A stretch of DNA of 64,000 nt from assembly GCA_046045415.1 (NCBI GenBank), contig JBJOLT010000015.1:5988-69987 (forward strand). Reading direction: 5' to 3'. Each line of letters starts with the position of its first letter. The stretch's first letter is position 1. Source of the DNA: Chloroflexota bacterium. Lineage in GTDB: Bacteria; Chloroflexota; Limnocylindria; Limnocylindrales; CSP1-4. The translations under genes and the position numbers were made by a program. The notes beneath the pieces are model-generated. The model searched no databases and was not told the origin of the DNA. It saw only the letters and a program-made list of their open reading frames with translations. Of this stretch, positions 50,068-60,202 are shown piece by piece.

Positions 50068-50556
50068 TCAGGTCAGTGCCCGGGCCCCCGCGAGCGTCAG
50101 CTCGAACCAGACGGCGCGCGCCGGGTCCGCGAGATCCTCGGCGATCCGCCGGAGCGCCTCGCGATAGCCGGGCCAGACGACCTCGGCGATCGCGTCCTCG
50201 ATCGGGACCCACCGGTGCCCGTCGTGCTCGTGCGAACGGACGGGCTCGATCCCCGGGCGGACGACGACGGCGAAGACCGCGCTCAAGACGACGGCGTCGA
50301 CCGACGGCTCGTGGAACTGGTTCACGAGGTCGAGGTCGTAGAAGGCCTCGATCCCGTCGGCGGCGATCCCGGTCTCCTCGGCGAGCTCGCGGAGCGCGCC
50401 GAAGGTGATCCGCTCCCCCGGCTCGAGCGACCCGGAGACGCACTGCCAGAGGCCGGGGAGGATCCGGCCCGGGGCGCGGCGGAGGAGCAGGGTCTCGAGG
50501 CGGTCGCCGGCGCGCCGGACGACCCAGCAGTCGACGAGGTCCGGCCTGAGGCTCAC
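50068..50556 (-). CDS. NUDIX hydrolase
   Basis: Nudix box GSLEPGERITFGALRELAEETGI. A GTG start was chosen. Confidence 0.75.
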   Translation of the reverse strand: MSLRPDLVDCWVVRRAGDRLETLLLRRAPGRILPGLWQCVSGSLEPGERITFGALRELAEETGIAADGIEAFYDLDLVNQFHEPSVDAVVLSAVFAVVVRPGIEPVRSHEHDGHRWVPIEDAIAEVVWPGYREALRRIAEDLADPARAVWFELTLAGARALT

Positions 50557-50569
50557 GGGGCGGCGGCGA

Positions 50570-50899
50570 TCAGAGCCGCTCGAACCGCTCGACCGGGACG
50601 ACGAAGACCGTCGCCCCGCCGATCTCCACCTCGAGCGGGTACGGCATGAAGAACTCGCCCGGCTCGACGATCGGCGGCAGCGGGTCGACGACCTGGGTCC
50701 GGGCGCGGCACGTCTCGCGGACGATCCCGAGGATCTCGTCGATCCGATCCTCCTCGGCGCCGACGAGGACGGTCGCGTTCGACTGGCGGAGGAACCCGCC
50801 CGACGACTGGAGGCGGGTCGCCCGGTGGTCGGCGGCGAGGAGCGCCTCGACGAGCGGGCCCGCATCCTCGCCGTGGACGATCGCGATGACGAGCTTCAC
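50570..50899 (-). CDS. darA: PII-like c-di-AMP receptor DarA (YaaQ/DUF970 family)
   Basis: 109 aa aligning along its whole length to B. subtilis DarA (MKLVIAIV..., TRLQSSGGFLRQSNATVLVG, YPLEVEIGGATVFVVPVERF). Confidence 0.8.
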   Translation of the reverse strand: MKLVIAIVHGEDAGPLVEALLAADHRATRLQSSGGFLRQSNATVLVGAEEDRIDEILGIVRETCRARTQVVDPLPPIVEPGEFFMPYPLEVEIGGATVFVVPVERFERL

Positions 50900-50994
50900 G
50901 GGGACGAGTATCGGTCAGGCGGGCCGCCGGGTCCACCCTCCCGGGGACGGTCGGGGGACCGGCCCGGGGAGGGGGCTCGTCGCGACCCCCTACA

Positions 50995-52047
50995 ATGCGC
51001 GGGACGACCCCGGAGGAGGAGCTGGTGGCGATCGAGGGACCCGGCACGGAGACGAAGCTCGACGCGCTGACCGACGCAGCGGCTGCGCTCGCGCGGGCGA
51101 GCGACCTCGACGCCGCGATCGGGGCGATCCTCGACGCGACCGTCGGCGCGGTCGGCGCGACCGCCGGCGCGGTCTTCCTCCGCCAGCCCGACTCGCCGAT
51201 CCTCTACGTCGCCGCCCGCCACGGCCTCGACGACGCCGCGGTCGCGACCTTCGAGCGCGAGGTCGAGGACCCGGCCCACCCGGTCGCCGCCGCCGCCCGC
51301 GACGTCGCCGCGGTCTTCGACCGCCCGGTCGTCGGCGCCGAACCGCGGGCCCGCTCGGCGGCGGACCTCCCGCTCGTCGTCACCCACGAGGGCCTCGACC
51401 TCGCCCTCGGCGTGATGACGCTCGCCTGGGCGAGCGCGCGGACGACCTCCCGGAGCGAGCAGCAGCTCGCGCGCGCCGCCGCGGACCTCATCGCCGCCGC
51501 GGTCGACCGGGCGCACCTCGGCGCGCTCCTCGCCGAGCGGGCGGAGTGGTACGAGCGGCTCACCCACACGGACGCCCTCACCGGGCTCGCGAACCGGCGG
51601 ACCTTCGAGCGGGTCCTCGAGATGGACCTCGCCCGGGCCGCGCGGCAGCGGACCGAGCTCTCGCTCGTCGTCTTCGACGTCGACGACTTCGGGAACCTGA
51701 ACGCGACCCGCGGCCACGCCGTCGGCGACGACGTCCTCCGGACGATCGCCGCGACGATCGCGGAGGGGGTCCGCCTCGTCGACACCGTCGCCCGGCTCGG
51801 ACCGGACGAGTTCATCGTCAGCGCCCCCGGGGCGGGCGGCGTCGTCGTCGCCCGCCGCATCCTCGCGACGCTCGCGGCCGGGAACGCGGAGGGCGGGGAG
51901 CCGTTCACCACCTCCGCCGCCGTCGTCCGCTACCCGAGCGACGGGGCGGACGGTCCGGAGCTGATCGCGGCCGCCGAGGCGGCGATCGCCCGGGCGAAGG
52001 CGCAGGGCCCCGGTTCGGTCGAGGCCGCGGAGTACCTCGCGCCCTAG
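50995..52047 (+). CDS. GAF-domain diguanylate-cyclase-like protein with degenerate GPDEF motif
   Basis: N-terminal GAF domain followed by a GGDEF domain (TGLANRR, VVFDVDDFGNLN) in which RxGGDEF is RLGPDEF. Confidence 0.8.
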   Translation: MRGTTPEEELVAIEGPGTETKLDALTDAAAALARASDLDAAIGAILDATVGAVGATAGAVFLRQPDSPILYVAARHGLDDAAVATFEREVEDPAHPVAAAARDVAAVFDRPVVGAEPRARSAADLPLVVTHEGLDLALGVMTLAWASARTTSRSEQQLARAAADLIAAAVDRAHLGALLAERAEWYERLTHTDALTGLANRRTFERVLEMDLARAARQRTELSLVVFDVDDFGNLNATRGHAVGDDVLRTIAATIAEGVRLVDTVARLGPDEFIVSAPGAGGVVVARRILATLAAGNAEGGEPFTTSAAVVRYPSDGADGPELIAAAEAAIARAKAQGPGSVEAAEYLAP

Positions 52048-52727
52048 GCCCCGGGCGTCCCGACGGCGAGCCCGAGCCGCCGGACCGCATCGGCGAGCGA
52101 GCCCGCGACCGTCGCCTCGTCGCGAGTCGCGTCGACGACGACCCAGCGGGCCGGGTCCTCGGCCGCGAGCCGGAGGAAGCCCGCCCGGACCCGCTCGTGG
52201 AACGCGACGTCGAAGGCCGACTCGAACCGGAGATGCTCGTCGGAGCCCTTCCGCGCGAGACCGGCGGCGACCGGGACGTCGAGGAGGATCGTGAGGTCCG
52301 GCCGGAGGCCGCCGGTCGCGTAGGCGCCGATCGCCCGGAGCTCGTCGACCGGCTGCCCGGAGCCGAAGCCCTGGTAGGCGAGCGTCGAGTCCGCGTACCG
52401 GGCGACGATGACGACCTCGCCGCTCGCGAGCGCCGGCTCGATCACCTCGTCGACGTGCTGGGCGCGGGCGGCGTTGAAGAGGAGGACGTCGGTCCGCGGC
52501 CCGATCGGGACCTCGGCCGGGTCCGCGCGGAGGAGCAGCTCGCGGATCCGCTCGCCGGCGGCCGTCCCCCCCGGCTCCCGCGAGAGCCTCACCCGGTGCC
52601 CGGCGGCGGTGAGCGCCGCGGCGAGCCGGGCCGCCTGCGAGGTCTTGCCGCTCCCGTCGGGGCCCTCGATCGTGATGAACCGGCCGCGCGCGGCGTGCTG
52701 CCGGGGAGGGGCGGTCGGGTCGCTCAC
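52044..52727 (-). CDS. tmk: Thymidylate kinase
   Basis: P-loop GPDGSGKTS, a DRY-like motif and a lid region. Confidence 0.85.
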   Translation of the reverse strand: MSDPTAPPRQHAARGRFITIEGPDGSGKTSQAARLAAALTAAGHRVRLSREPGGTAAGERIRELLLRADPAEVPIGPRTDVLLFNAARAQHVDEVIEPALASGEVVIVARYADSTLAYQGFGSGQPVDELRAIGAYATGGLRPDLTILLDVPVAAGLARKGSDEHLRFESAFDVAFHERVRAGFLRLAAEDPARWVVVDATRDEATVAGSLADAVRRLGLAVGTPGA

Positions 52728-52788
52728 CGGGCGAGTCTACCGTCGCGACCCGGCCCGGCGCCGTCCGCGGTGCTAGGCTTCCGACCCG

Positions 52789-54243
52789 ATGAAGGACCTC
52801 GCCGACCTCGCGCTCGACACCGCCACCGCAGCCGGCGCCGGCTATGCCGACGTCCGGATCGTCGAGCGGACGGAGGAGTCCGTGACGGTCCGCTCCGGGC
52901 GGCTCGAGGCCGCCGCCTCCGGGGCGGAGGACGGGGTCGGGGTGCGGGTCCTCGTCGACGGTGCGTGGGGCTTCGCGGCGACCCACCGACTCGAGCGACA
53001 GGACGTGGAGCGGGTCGCCGCCGAGGCGGTCGAGATCGCCCGGGCGTCCGCCACCGCGCTCAGGACCCCGGTCCGGCTCGACGACCGGCCGGTCGCGCGG
53101 GGCCGCTACGAGACGCCGTGCGCGGAGGACCCGTTCGCCGTCCCGCTCGAGCAGAAGGTCGCCGAGCTCCTCGCCGCCGATGCCGAGATGGGCCGGGTGA
53201 AGGGCATCGCGTGGACGGAGGCGACCTACGGGGCGCGACGCGAGCGGAAGACGTTCGCCGCCTCGGACGGCTCCTTCGTGGAGCAGACGATCGTCCACGC
53301 CGGGGCGGGCATCGAGGCGAACGCCGTCGAGGGCGACGAGCACCAGCGGCGGAGCTACCCGATGGACACCGGCTCGTGGCGATCCGCGGGCTACGAGCAC
53401 ATCCGCGGCCTCGGGCTCGTCGAGAACGCCGGGCGGATCGCCGAGGAGGCGGTCGCGCTCCTCTCCGCGCCGCAGTGCCCGTCGGGCCGGATGACGGTGA
53501 TCCTCGACCCGAGCCAGCTCTACCTCCAGGTCCACGAGAGCTGCGGCCACCCGACCGAGCTCGACCGGGTCTTCGGGACCGAGGCGTCGTACGCCGGCAC
53601 TAGCTTCCTCACGACGGACAAGCTCGAGGCCGGCTTCCGGTACGGCTCCGACCTCGTGACGATCGTCGCCGACGCGACCGAGCCGGGAGGCCTCGGCACC
53701 TTCGGCTGGGACGACGAAGGGGTCGCCGCCCAGCGGGTCCCGCTCGTCGAGGACGGGATCTTCGTCGGCTACCTCTCGTCCCGCGAGACGGCCCCGCGGA
53801 TCGGGCGACGGAGCGGCGGGGCGATGCGGGCCGACGGCTGGAACCGGATCCCGCTCATCCGGATGACGAACGTCAGCCTCGTGCCGCGCGACGGGATGTC
53901 GCTCGGGCAGATCATCGAGTCGACCGACGACGGCCTCTACCTCGTGACGAACCGCTCGTGGTCGATCGACGACCGGCGGCTCAACTTCCAGTTCGCGACC
54001 GAGGTCGCGTACGAGGTGAAGGGCGGGAAGATCGGCCGGCTCCTGAAGAACCCGACGTACACCGGGATCACGCCCGAGTTCTGGCGCTCGTGCGACGCCG
54101 TCGCGGACGCGAGCAGCTACCGGATGTTCGGGACCCCGAACTGCGGGAAGGGCGAGCCCGGCCAGGTCGGCTTCGTCGGCCACGGGGTGAGCGGCGCCCG
54201 GTTCCGCGACGTCCAGGTCGGGGTCGGGAAGTGGCGCGGATGA
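52789..54243 (+). CDS. tldD: TldD-family metalloprotease
   Basis: 484 aa with HESCGH. Confidence 0.9.
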   Translation: MKDLADLALDTATAAGAGYADVRIVERTEESVTVRSGRLEAAASGAEDGVGVRVLVDGAWGFAATHRLERQDVERVAAEAVEIARASATALRTPVRLDDRPVARGRYETPCAEDPFAVPLEQKVAELLAADAEMGRVKGIAWTEATYGARRERKTFAASDGSFVEQTIVHAGAGIEANAVEGDEHQRRSYPMDTGSWRSAGYEHIRGLGLVENAGRIAEEAVALLSAPQCPSGRMTVILDPSQLYLQVHESCGHPTELDRVFGTEASYAGTSFLTTDKLEAGFRYGSDLVTIVADATEPGGLGTFGWDDEGVAAQRVPLVEDGIFVGYLSSRETAPRIGRRSGGAMRADGWNRIPLIRMTNVSLVPRDGMSLGQIIESTDDGLYLVTNRSWSIDDRRLNFQFATEVAYEVKGGKIGRLLKNPTYTGITPEFWRSCDAVADASSYRMFGTPNCGKGEPGQVGFVGHGVSGARFRDVQVGVGKWRG

Positions 54244-55604
54244 GGTACGCGCCGCCCCCGCGCGATCCCGCGCCGACGCTCGAGCTCGCCGAGGCCGCGG
54301 TCCGGCACGCGCTCGACGCCGGGGCCGACGAGGCCGAGGCGGTGGTCCTCGCGAGCGACTCGGCACTCACCCGCTTCGCGAACAGCGAGATCCACCAGAA
54401 CGTCGCCGAGCGGAGCCTCGAGGTCCGGCTCCGGTTCATCCGCGACGGCCGGTCCGGGGTCGTCACCGCCGACGCGACGGACGACGAGGGGCTCCGCCGG
54501 CTCGCCGGATCGGCCGCCGGCCTGACGAGGCTCCTCGAGCCGCAGCCGGACCTCCCGTCGCTCCCCGACCCGACGCCGCTCCCAGAGGTGACCGGCGCGT
54601 TCGCCGAGGCGACGGCGACGGCGTCGCCGGCGATGCGGGCCGAGGGGGCACGGGCCGTGATCGCGGCGGCCGACGCGGCGGGTGTCGGGTCGTTCGGTTC
54701 GTTCACGACCTCGGTCGACTGGACGGCCGTCGTCAACTCGCGCGGGATCCGCGTCGCGGAGGCGCGGACCCGGGCGCACCTCGTCACGGTCGCGATGGGC
54801 CCGGACGAGGGGACGGGCTACGCGGAGTCGTGCGCGGTCGACGTCGGCACGATCGACGCGGCGGCGCTCGGCCGGGAGGCGGCCGCGACCGCCCGTGCCT
54901 CGGCGCGTCCGGTGGACATCGCCCCGGGCGACTACCCGGTCGTCCTCGCGGAGTACGCGGTCGGCGACATCCTCGACTACCTCGGCTACTGCGGCTTCTC
55001 CGCCCTCGCCGTCCAGCAGGGACGCTCGTTCTTCGAGGCGGGGAAGCGGATCGGCTCGCCCCTCGTGACGATCTGGGACGACGCGCTCGACCCGGCCGGG
55101 ACGCCGGCGTCGTTCGACTTCGAGGGCGTCGCGAAGCAGCGGGTCCCGCTCGTCGTCGACGGGGTCTGCCGCGAGATCGTCCACGACGCGGCGACGGCCG
55201 CCGCCGCGGGACGCCGCTCGACGGGCCACGGCCTCCCCGCGCCGAACACGTGGGGCCCCTTCCCGCTCAACATGGTGATGCGCGCCGGCGACGCGAGCCG
55301 CGACGAGCTGATCGGCGGCCTGGAGCGGGGGCTCCTCGTGACGCGGATCTGGTACTCGAACCCGGTCCACCAGAAGCAGCTGATCATGACCGGGATGACC
55401 CGCGACGGGACCTTCCTCGTCGAGGGCGGACGGATCGTCGGACCGGTCCGGAACCTCCGCTTCACGCACAGCTATCTCGATGCGCTCGCCGCGACGAGCG
55501 CGGTCGGCCGCGAGCGGCGGACGATCTCGGGGATGCTCGGCACGTACGTCGTCCCGTCGATCCGGGCCGACTCGTTCACGTTCACGGGCGCGACGGAGCG
55601 CTGA
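54240..55604 (+). CDS. pmbA: PmbA/TldE-family protease partner
   Basis: 455 aa, TldD/PmbA fold. ATGA overlap with tldD. Confidence 0.85.
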   Translation: MRYAPPPRDPAPTLELAEAAVRHALDAGADEAEAVVLASDSALTRFANSEIHQNVAERSLEVRLRFIRDGRSGVVTADATDDEGLRRLAGSAAGLTRLLEPQPDLPSLPDPTPLPEVTGAFAEATATASPAMRAEGARAVIAAADAAGVGSFGSFTTSVDWTAVVNSRGIRVAEARTRAHLVTVAMGPDEGTGYAESCAVDVGTIDAAALGREAAATARASARPVDIAPGDYPVVLAEYAVGDILDYLGYCGFSALAVQQGRSFFEAGKRIGSPLVTIWDDALDPAGTPASFDFEGVAKQRVPLVVDGVCREIVHDAATAAAAGRRSTGHGLPAPNTWGPFPLNMVMRAGDASRDELIGGLERGLLVTRIWYSNPVHQKQLIMTGMTRDGTFLVEGGRIVGPVRNLRFTHSYLDALAATSAVGRERRTISGMLGTYVVPSIRADSFTFTGATER

Positions 55605-55623
55605 CTTCGCGGGAGGCGGACGG

Positions 55624-56613
55624 ATGGCGAAGATCGGCTACGCGGCGATGCTCGAGCAGTTCCACCCGACGGACCTGCTCGACTGGTGCGCGCAGGCGGA
55701 GGCGGCGGGGTTCTCGGCGGGCTTCATGGTCTCCGAGCACTTCCACCCGTGGACGCCGCAGCAGGGCCAGTCCGCCTTCGCGTGGAGCTTCATGGGGGCG
55801 CTCGGGACGCGGACGTCGCTCCCGTTCGGCACCGCCGTCACCTGCCCCGGCTTCCGCTACCACCCGGCGGTCATCGCCCATGCCGCCGCGACGCTCGGTG
55901 CGATGTTCCCCGGCCGCTTCTACCTGGGGCTCGGCGCCGGGGAGGCGCTCAACGAGCACGTCGTCGGGTCGTTCTGGCCGGAGATCGGCGTCCGGAGCGC
56001 GATGATGTTCGAGTCGATCGAGATCATCAACAAGCTCTTCACCGGCGAGGTCGTCAAGCACAAGGGCGAGTACTTCACGCTCGAGAGCGCCCGTCTCTAC
56101 ACCCGCCCGGAGAAGCCGGTCCCGATCCTCGTCGCCACCGCGGGCCCGGTGAACGCGAAGAAGACCGGGAAGTACGCGGACGGGATCATCACCGTCGGCG
56201 CGGCGGACGAGAAGATCGCGATGCTCTGGGGGAAGTACGAGGAGGGCGCGAAGGAGGCGGGCAAGGACGTCACGACGACGCCGAAGCTCCTCCAGATCCA
56301 CGTCTCCTGGGCGCGGACCGACGACGAGGCGGTCGAGAACGCGATGAAGGAGTGGCCGAACGGCGGGATGCCCTTCCCGAAGCAGGACATCAAGAACCCG
56401 GAGGACTTCGCCGCGATGGCGAAACTCGTCAGGCCGGAGGACTTCAAGAACCGCGTCCTCATGACGTCCGATCTCGGCAGGCACATCGCCCACATCCAGC
56501 ACTACGTCGACATGGGCTTCGACGAGGTCCACGTCCACAACGTCGGCCGGAACCAGGCCGAGTTCATCGAGGTCTTCGGGAAGGACGTCATCCCGGCCCT
56601 CAGGCTCGGGTAG
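55624..56613 (+). CDS. LLM-class F420-dependent oxidoreductase (Fgd-like glucose-6-phosphate dehydrogenase family)
   Basis: 330 aa aligning to mycobacterial Fgd1 (HFHPW, GLGAGEALNE). Confidence 0.75.
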   Translation: MAKIGYAAMLEQFHPTDLLDWCAQAEAAGFSAGFMVSEHFHPWTPQQGQSAFAWSFMGALGTRTSLPFGTAVTCPGFRYHPAVIAHAAATLGAMFPGRFYLGLGAGEALNEHVVGSFWPEIGVRSAMMFESIEIINKLFTGEVVKHKGEYFTLESARLYTRPEKPVPILVATAGPVNAKKTGKYADGIITVGAADEKIAMLWGKYEEGAKEAGKDVTTTPKLLQIHVSWARTDDEAVENAMKEWPNGGMPFPKQDIKNPEDFAAMAKLVRPEDFKNRVLMTSDLGRHIAHIQHYVDMGFDEVHVHNVGRNQAEFIEVFGKDVIPALRLG

Positions 56614-56616
56614 CCG

Positions 56617-57039
56617 TCAGCGGCGGGCGCCTCGTCCGTCGAAGAACCCGAGCCGGACGAGCAGGTCCCGGTTCGCCGCCACCGCCGCGTAGAGGAGCCG
56701 GACCGCGCGACGGAACGGGGTGACGCCGAGCCACGGGCGGACCGCGCCGCCCCCCGGGAGCCGGACCGCGATCGCGAGGATCGCGTCGCCGCCACGCGCC
56801 ACCTCCCCGCTCCGCGGGTCGACGACGGTGAGCGCCTCGGCGAGATCGTGCGTCCCTGCAGCCGCGCGCACGTGGTCGTGGGCGGACCCGGGCGCCTCGG
56901 CGAGCGGGAGCAGCTCGAACGCCCGGCGGCCCCTCGGCCCGGCATCCCAGCGCCGGAGGTGCGCGACCGCCCAGCGGCAGAACGAGCACTCCCCGTCGTA
57001 GAGGACGACGAGCGACCCGGCGCCCCCGGTCAGCCCCAC
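56617..57039 (-). CDS. Thiol-disulfide oxidoreductase DCC family (DUF393)
   Basis: [17 protein letters not shown] start was chosen. Confidence 0.7.
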   Translation of the reverse strand: MGLTGGAGSLVVLYDGECSFCRWAVAHLRRWDAGPRGRRAFELLPLAEAPGSAHDHVRAAAGTHDLAEALTVVDPRSGEVARGGDAILAIAVRLPGGGAVRPWLGVTPFRRAVRLLYAAVAANRDLLVRLGFFDGRGARR

Positions 57040-59159
57040 GAGCTGCGGGCCGTCTCGGGGTAGAGCCTGACGCGCCGGTACGGCTCCCGGCCGCGGGACC
57101 GCGAGACGACGTTCGCGCGCTCGGCGAGCTGGTGCTGGAGGCGGCGGATGTACGCGTTCTGCGGCGAGAGCTCCACCGGCTCCGAGCCGTGGAGGACGAG
57201 CCCGATCCCCTCCTCGGCCTCGCGGAGCGCCGCCTCGCGCGGGTCGATCGCGAGCGAGAAGATCGAGGTGAGGCTCGCCTCCATCTGGAGGACCGTGTTG
57301 CTCTTCAGGACGTAGACGGGCATCGAGCGCTCCTCCGCCTCGCGGAGCTGCGGCGTCTTCTGGCGGTACTCGCTCTTCAGCACCATGACGACGTCGGCCT
57401 CGTCCACGTCGCGCGCGACGACGACGGGGAGCTGGAGCTCGCGGACCGCCTGCTCGAGCCGCTTCCGGCTCACCCCGATCGGCAGGACCCGGATCGTCGG
57501 GAGGATCGACCCCTCCTCGTCGTCGTACCCGGCGTCCGCGTCTGCGCCGGACCCGAAGGCCTCGGCGGCGAGCTGCTCCGCGTTGACCGGGCCGGTCCCC
57601 TCCTCGGCCCGGAGCGACGTGATCGCCCGCTCCGCCTGGTCGAGCCACTCCTGCTGGCGGCGGAGCTCCCGGGCGTCGCGGGCGCGCGGCTCCGGGGAGG
57701 GGACGGCGCCGCGCTCGAGCGGACCGCGGTCCGCGATCTCGCCGATGACGAACGGGACGCCCGGCACGGTCGGCGCCGCGCCGCCGGGGGCGGCCGGACC
57801 GACTGCGAGGTCGCGACCGGAGAGCCGCTCCCCGGGGAGCGAGTACGGTCCCCCGGGCGGGCCGCCGTCGCCGCGGTCGTGGCGGGTGCCGGTCCCGCGA
57901 CCCGCCGACTCGCGGCCGCCCGGCTCGCGGCCGCGCGCCCCCCGCCAGCCGCCGGACTGACCGGGCCGGTACCCCGGGCGGTACGCCGCTCCCTGCTCCC
58001 CGTGGCCGCCGCGGTACGAGCCACCGCGCCAGCCCGGCTCCATCCGCCATGGCGCGCCGCCACCGACGAGGCCGGCGAAGCGCTCGGTGCCGAGACGCTC
58101 GCGCGGCGACGGGCGCGGCCGCGACTGGGACCGGTGGACCCCCTCCTCGTCGCGCCACCGGAGCTCCGGCGCCTCGGGCTCCCCGCGGAGGAGCGAGTCG
58201 ACGGTCTCCGCGACGTCGGCGTGGACGATCACCCGGTCGCGGTCCTGGATCTCGATGACGACGTCGAAGGTGGGCGGCGCCTTCCGCTCGAGGACGCTCT
58301 TCTGCGAGCGGCGGCGGCGGGCTTCCTCGTCGCCGAGCGTGACGCTCTGGATCCCGCCGATCAGGTCCGAGAGGGTCGGGTTGAGCATCAGGTTGTCGAG
58401 GTTGTTCCCGTGCGCCGTCCCGATCAGCTGGACGCCCCGCTCCGCGATCGTCCGGGCGGCCTGCGCCTCGAGCTCCGTCCCGATCTCGTCGATGACGATC
58501 ACCTGGGGCATGTGGTTCTCGACCGCCTCGATCATCACCTCGTGCTGGAGCGAGGGCGTCCGGACCTGCATCCGGCGCGCCTTGCCGATCGCCGGATGCG
58601 GGATGTCGCCGTCCCCGGCGATCTCGTTCGACGTGTCGACGACGACGACCCGCTTGCGGAGGTCGTCGGCGAGGACGCGCGCCGCCTCGCGGAGCATCGT
58701 CGTCTTGCCGATCCCCGGGCGGCCCATGATGAGGATCGACTTCCCGCTCTCGACGAAGTCCCCGATGATCTCGATCGTCCCGAAGACGGCGCGCCCGATC
58801 CGGCAGGTGAGCCCGACGATCTTCCCGTTCCGGTTCCGGATGGCGCTGATCCGGTGGAGCGTCCGCTCGATGCCCGCCCGGTTGTCGTCGCCGAACGACC
58901 CGATGTGGTCGACGACGTAGCCGATGTCGGCCTCGGTGACCTCGCGCTCGAGGAGCATCACCTCGTCGTTCGGGAAGCGCGCCTCGGGACGCCGGCCCAG
59001 GTCGAGGACGACCTCGATGAGGTCGGACCGGTCCGGGAGGGCGCGGACGGCGGCGACCACCTCCGGCGGGAGCGCCGTCAGGAGGAGCTCGAGGTCGTCG
59101 GCCGCCTCGCGGCGGGTGGCTGCGGTCGGGCGCGGGTCGGGCACGGTCTCTCCTTCCAC
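57030..59159 (-). CDS. SpoIIIAA/Ycf45-like AAA+ ATPase with RGG-rich disordered linker and C-terminal R3H/KH-like domain
   Basis: Walker [10 protein letters not shown] and Walker B VIVIDEIG. An RGG/RG-rich low-complexity region of about 150 aa precedes a basic C-terminal domain. The GTG start is uncertain. Confidence 0.7.
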   Translation of the reverse strand: MEGETVPDPRPTAATRREAADDLELLLTALPPEVVAAVRALPDRSDLIEVVLDLGRRPEARFPNDEVMLLEREVTEADIGYVVDHIGSFGDDNRAGIERTLHRISAIRNRNGKIVGLTCRIGRAVFGTIEIIGDFVESGKSILIMGRPGIGKTTMLREAARVLADDLRKRVVVVDTSNEIAGDGDIPHPAIGKARRMQVRTPSLQHEVMIEAVENHMPQVIVIDEIGTELEAQAARTIAERGVQLIGTAHGNNLDNLMLNPTLSDLIGGIQSVTLGDEEARRRRSQKSVLERKAPPTFDVVIEIQDRDRVIVHADVAETVDSLLRGEPEAPELRWRDEEGVHRSQSRPRPSPRERLGTERFAGLVGGGAPWRMEPGWRGGSYRGGHGEQGAAYRPGYRPGQSGGWRGARGREPGGRESAGRGTGTRHDRGDGGPPGGPYSLPGERLSGRDLAVGPAAPGGAAPTVPGVPFVIGEIADRGPLERGAVPSPEPRARDARELRRQQEWLDQAERAITSLRAEEGTGPVNAEQLAAEAFGSGADADAGYDDEEGSILPTIRVLPIGVSRKRLEQAVRELQLPVVVARDVDEADVVMVLKSEYRQKTPQLREAEERSMPVYVLKSNTVLQMEASLTSIFSLAIDPREAALREAEEGIGLVLHGSEPVELSPQNAYIRRLQHQLAERANVVSRSRGREPYRRVRLYPETARSSWG

Positions 59160-59161
59160 GC

Positions 59162-60202
59162 TCAGCGGATCGCGGGGACGAGCGCCGGCTGGGCGACGCG
59201 GACGAGCGTCTCCTTCAGGAGGAGGACGACGCTCGCGACCGTCGCGAAGCCCGCCTCCTCGAGGCGGCGGTCGAGCGGCGCCTCGTACGTGCGGACCGGG
59301 GAGATGACGCCGTGCTCCCGCCGGTCGCCGCCGCGATGCTCGGCGATGACGCCGAGACCGTGGCGGATCGCGCCGGACGGGTCGGCCCCGGGACGGGCGA
59401 TCACCTTGAGGTAGTGCGGCTGGTCCGCCTCCGCGACCCCCACCTGGACGAAGGCGTCGAGGAGCGTCCCGTCCTCGCCCCCGTCCTCGGCCTCGACGAC
59501 GAACGAGCGGACGTCCGCGAAGCGGAGGAGCGGCGCGAGGCTGGAGCGCGGGACGCGCCACGCGCCGCCCTGCCGCTCCCAGTCGACGAGCCGGTAGGCC
59601 TCGAGCCGCCGGACGGGGACCGGGGTCGTCGCCTCGTAGAGGCGGCTGAGCGCGAGGGCGTCGAGCGGGGTCGTCGGCCGGATCCGTGCCGCGGCGATCT
59701 CGTCCCGGCCCATCGGCTCGGGGAGCGGCCGGTCGGCCGGGCGGACCATCACGAGCTCCTCGCCGTAGCGGGCGAAGCCCGACTGCATGAAGAGCTCGAC
59801 GTTCCCCGCCCGGTCGAGGCACGCGACGTGGAGGCGGATCGCCCCGCGCCGGGACCCCTCGCGCATCAGCTGCTGGAGGAGGCGGAAGCGGATGTCGCCG
59901 GCGGTCGCCGCCCCGATCGCGTCGAGCTCCACGATCGTCCACTCGTCGCGATGGCCGTCCCGCTCGACCCTCAGGAGGCCCGCGACGGTCCCCGACTCCT
60001 CGTAGACGTAGAGCAGGTCATGCGGGCTGAAGGCGCCGAGGGGGAGCCGGAAGAGACTGAAGACGCCGATCGGCGGACCGCTCACCGGCAGCCCGAGCGA
60101 GCGGGTCTCCTGCGCCTCCCGCTCGGCGAGCCGGGAGAGCTCCCCGAGCGCGGCGAGGTCCGTGAGGCGCGCGATCCGGACCTTCCCGGGGCGCGCGCTC
60201 AT
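59162..60202 (-). CDS. Hypothetical protein, possible tandem GNAT-like acyltransferase fold
   Basis: 347 aa, not R-rich. ATGA overlap with the pdxT stop. The family assignment is tentative. Confidence 0.45.
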   Translation of the reverse strand: MSARPGKVRIARLTDLAALGELSRLAEREAQETRSLGLPVSGPPIGVFSLFRLPLGAFSPHDLLYVYEESGTVAGLLRVERDGHRDEWTIVELDAIGAATAGDIRFRLLQQLMREGSRRGAIRLHVACLDRAGNVELFMQSGFARYGEELVMVRPADRPLPEPMGRDEIAAARIRPTTPLDALALSRLYEATTPVPVRRLEAYRLVDWERQGGAWRVPRSSLAPLLRFADVRSFVVEAEDGGEDGTLLDAFVQVGVAEADQPHYLKVIARPGADPSGAIRHGLGVIAEHRGGDRREHGVISPVRTYEAPLDRRLEEAGFATVASVVLLLKETLVRVAQPALVPAIR

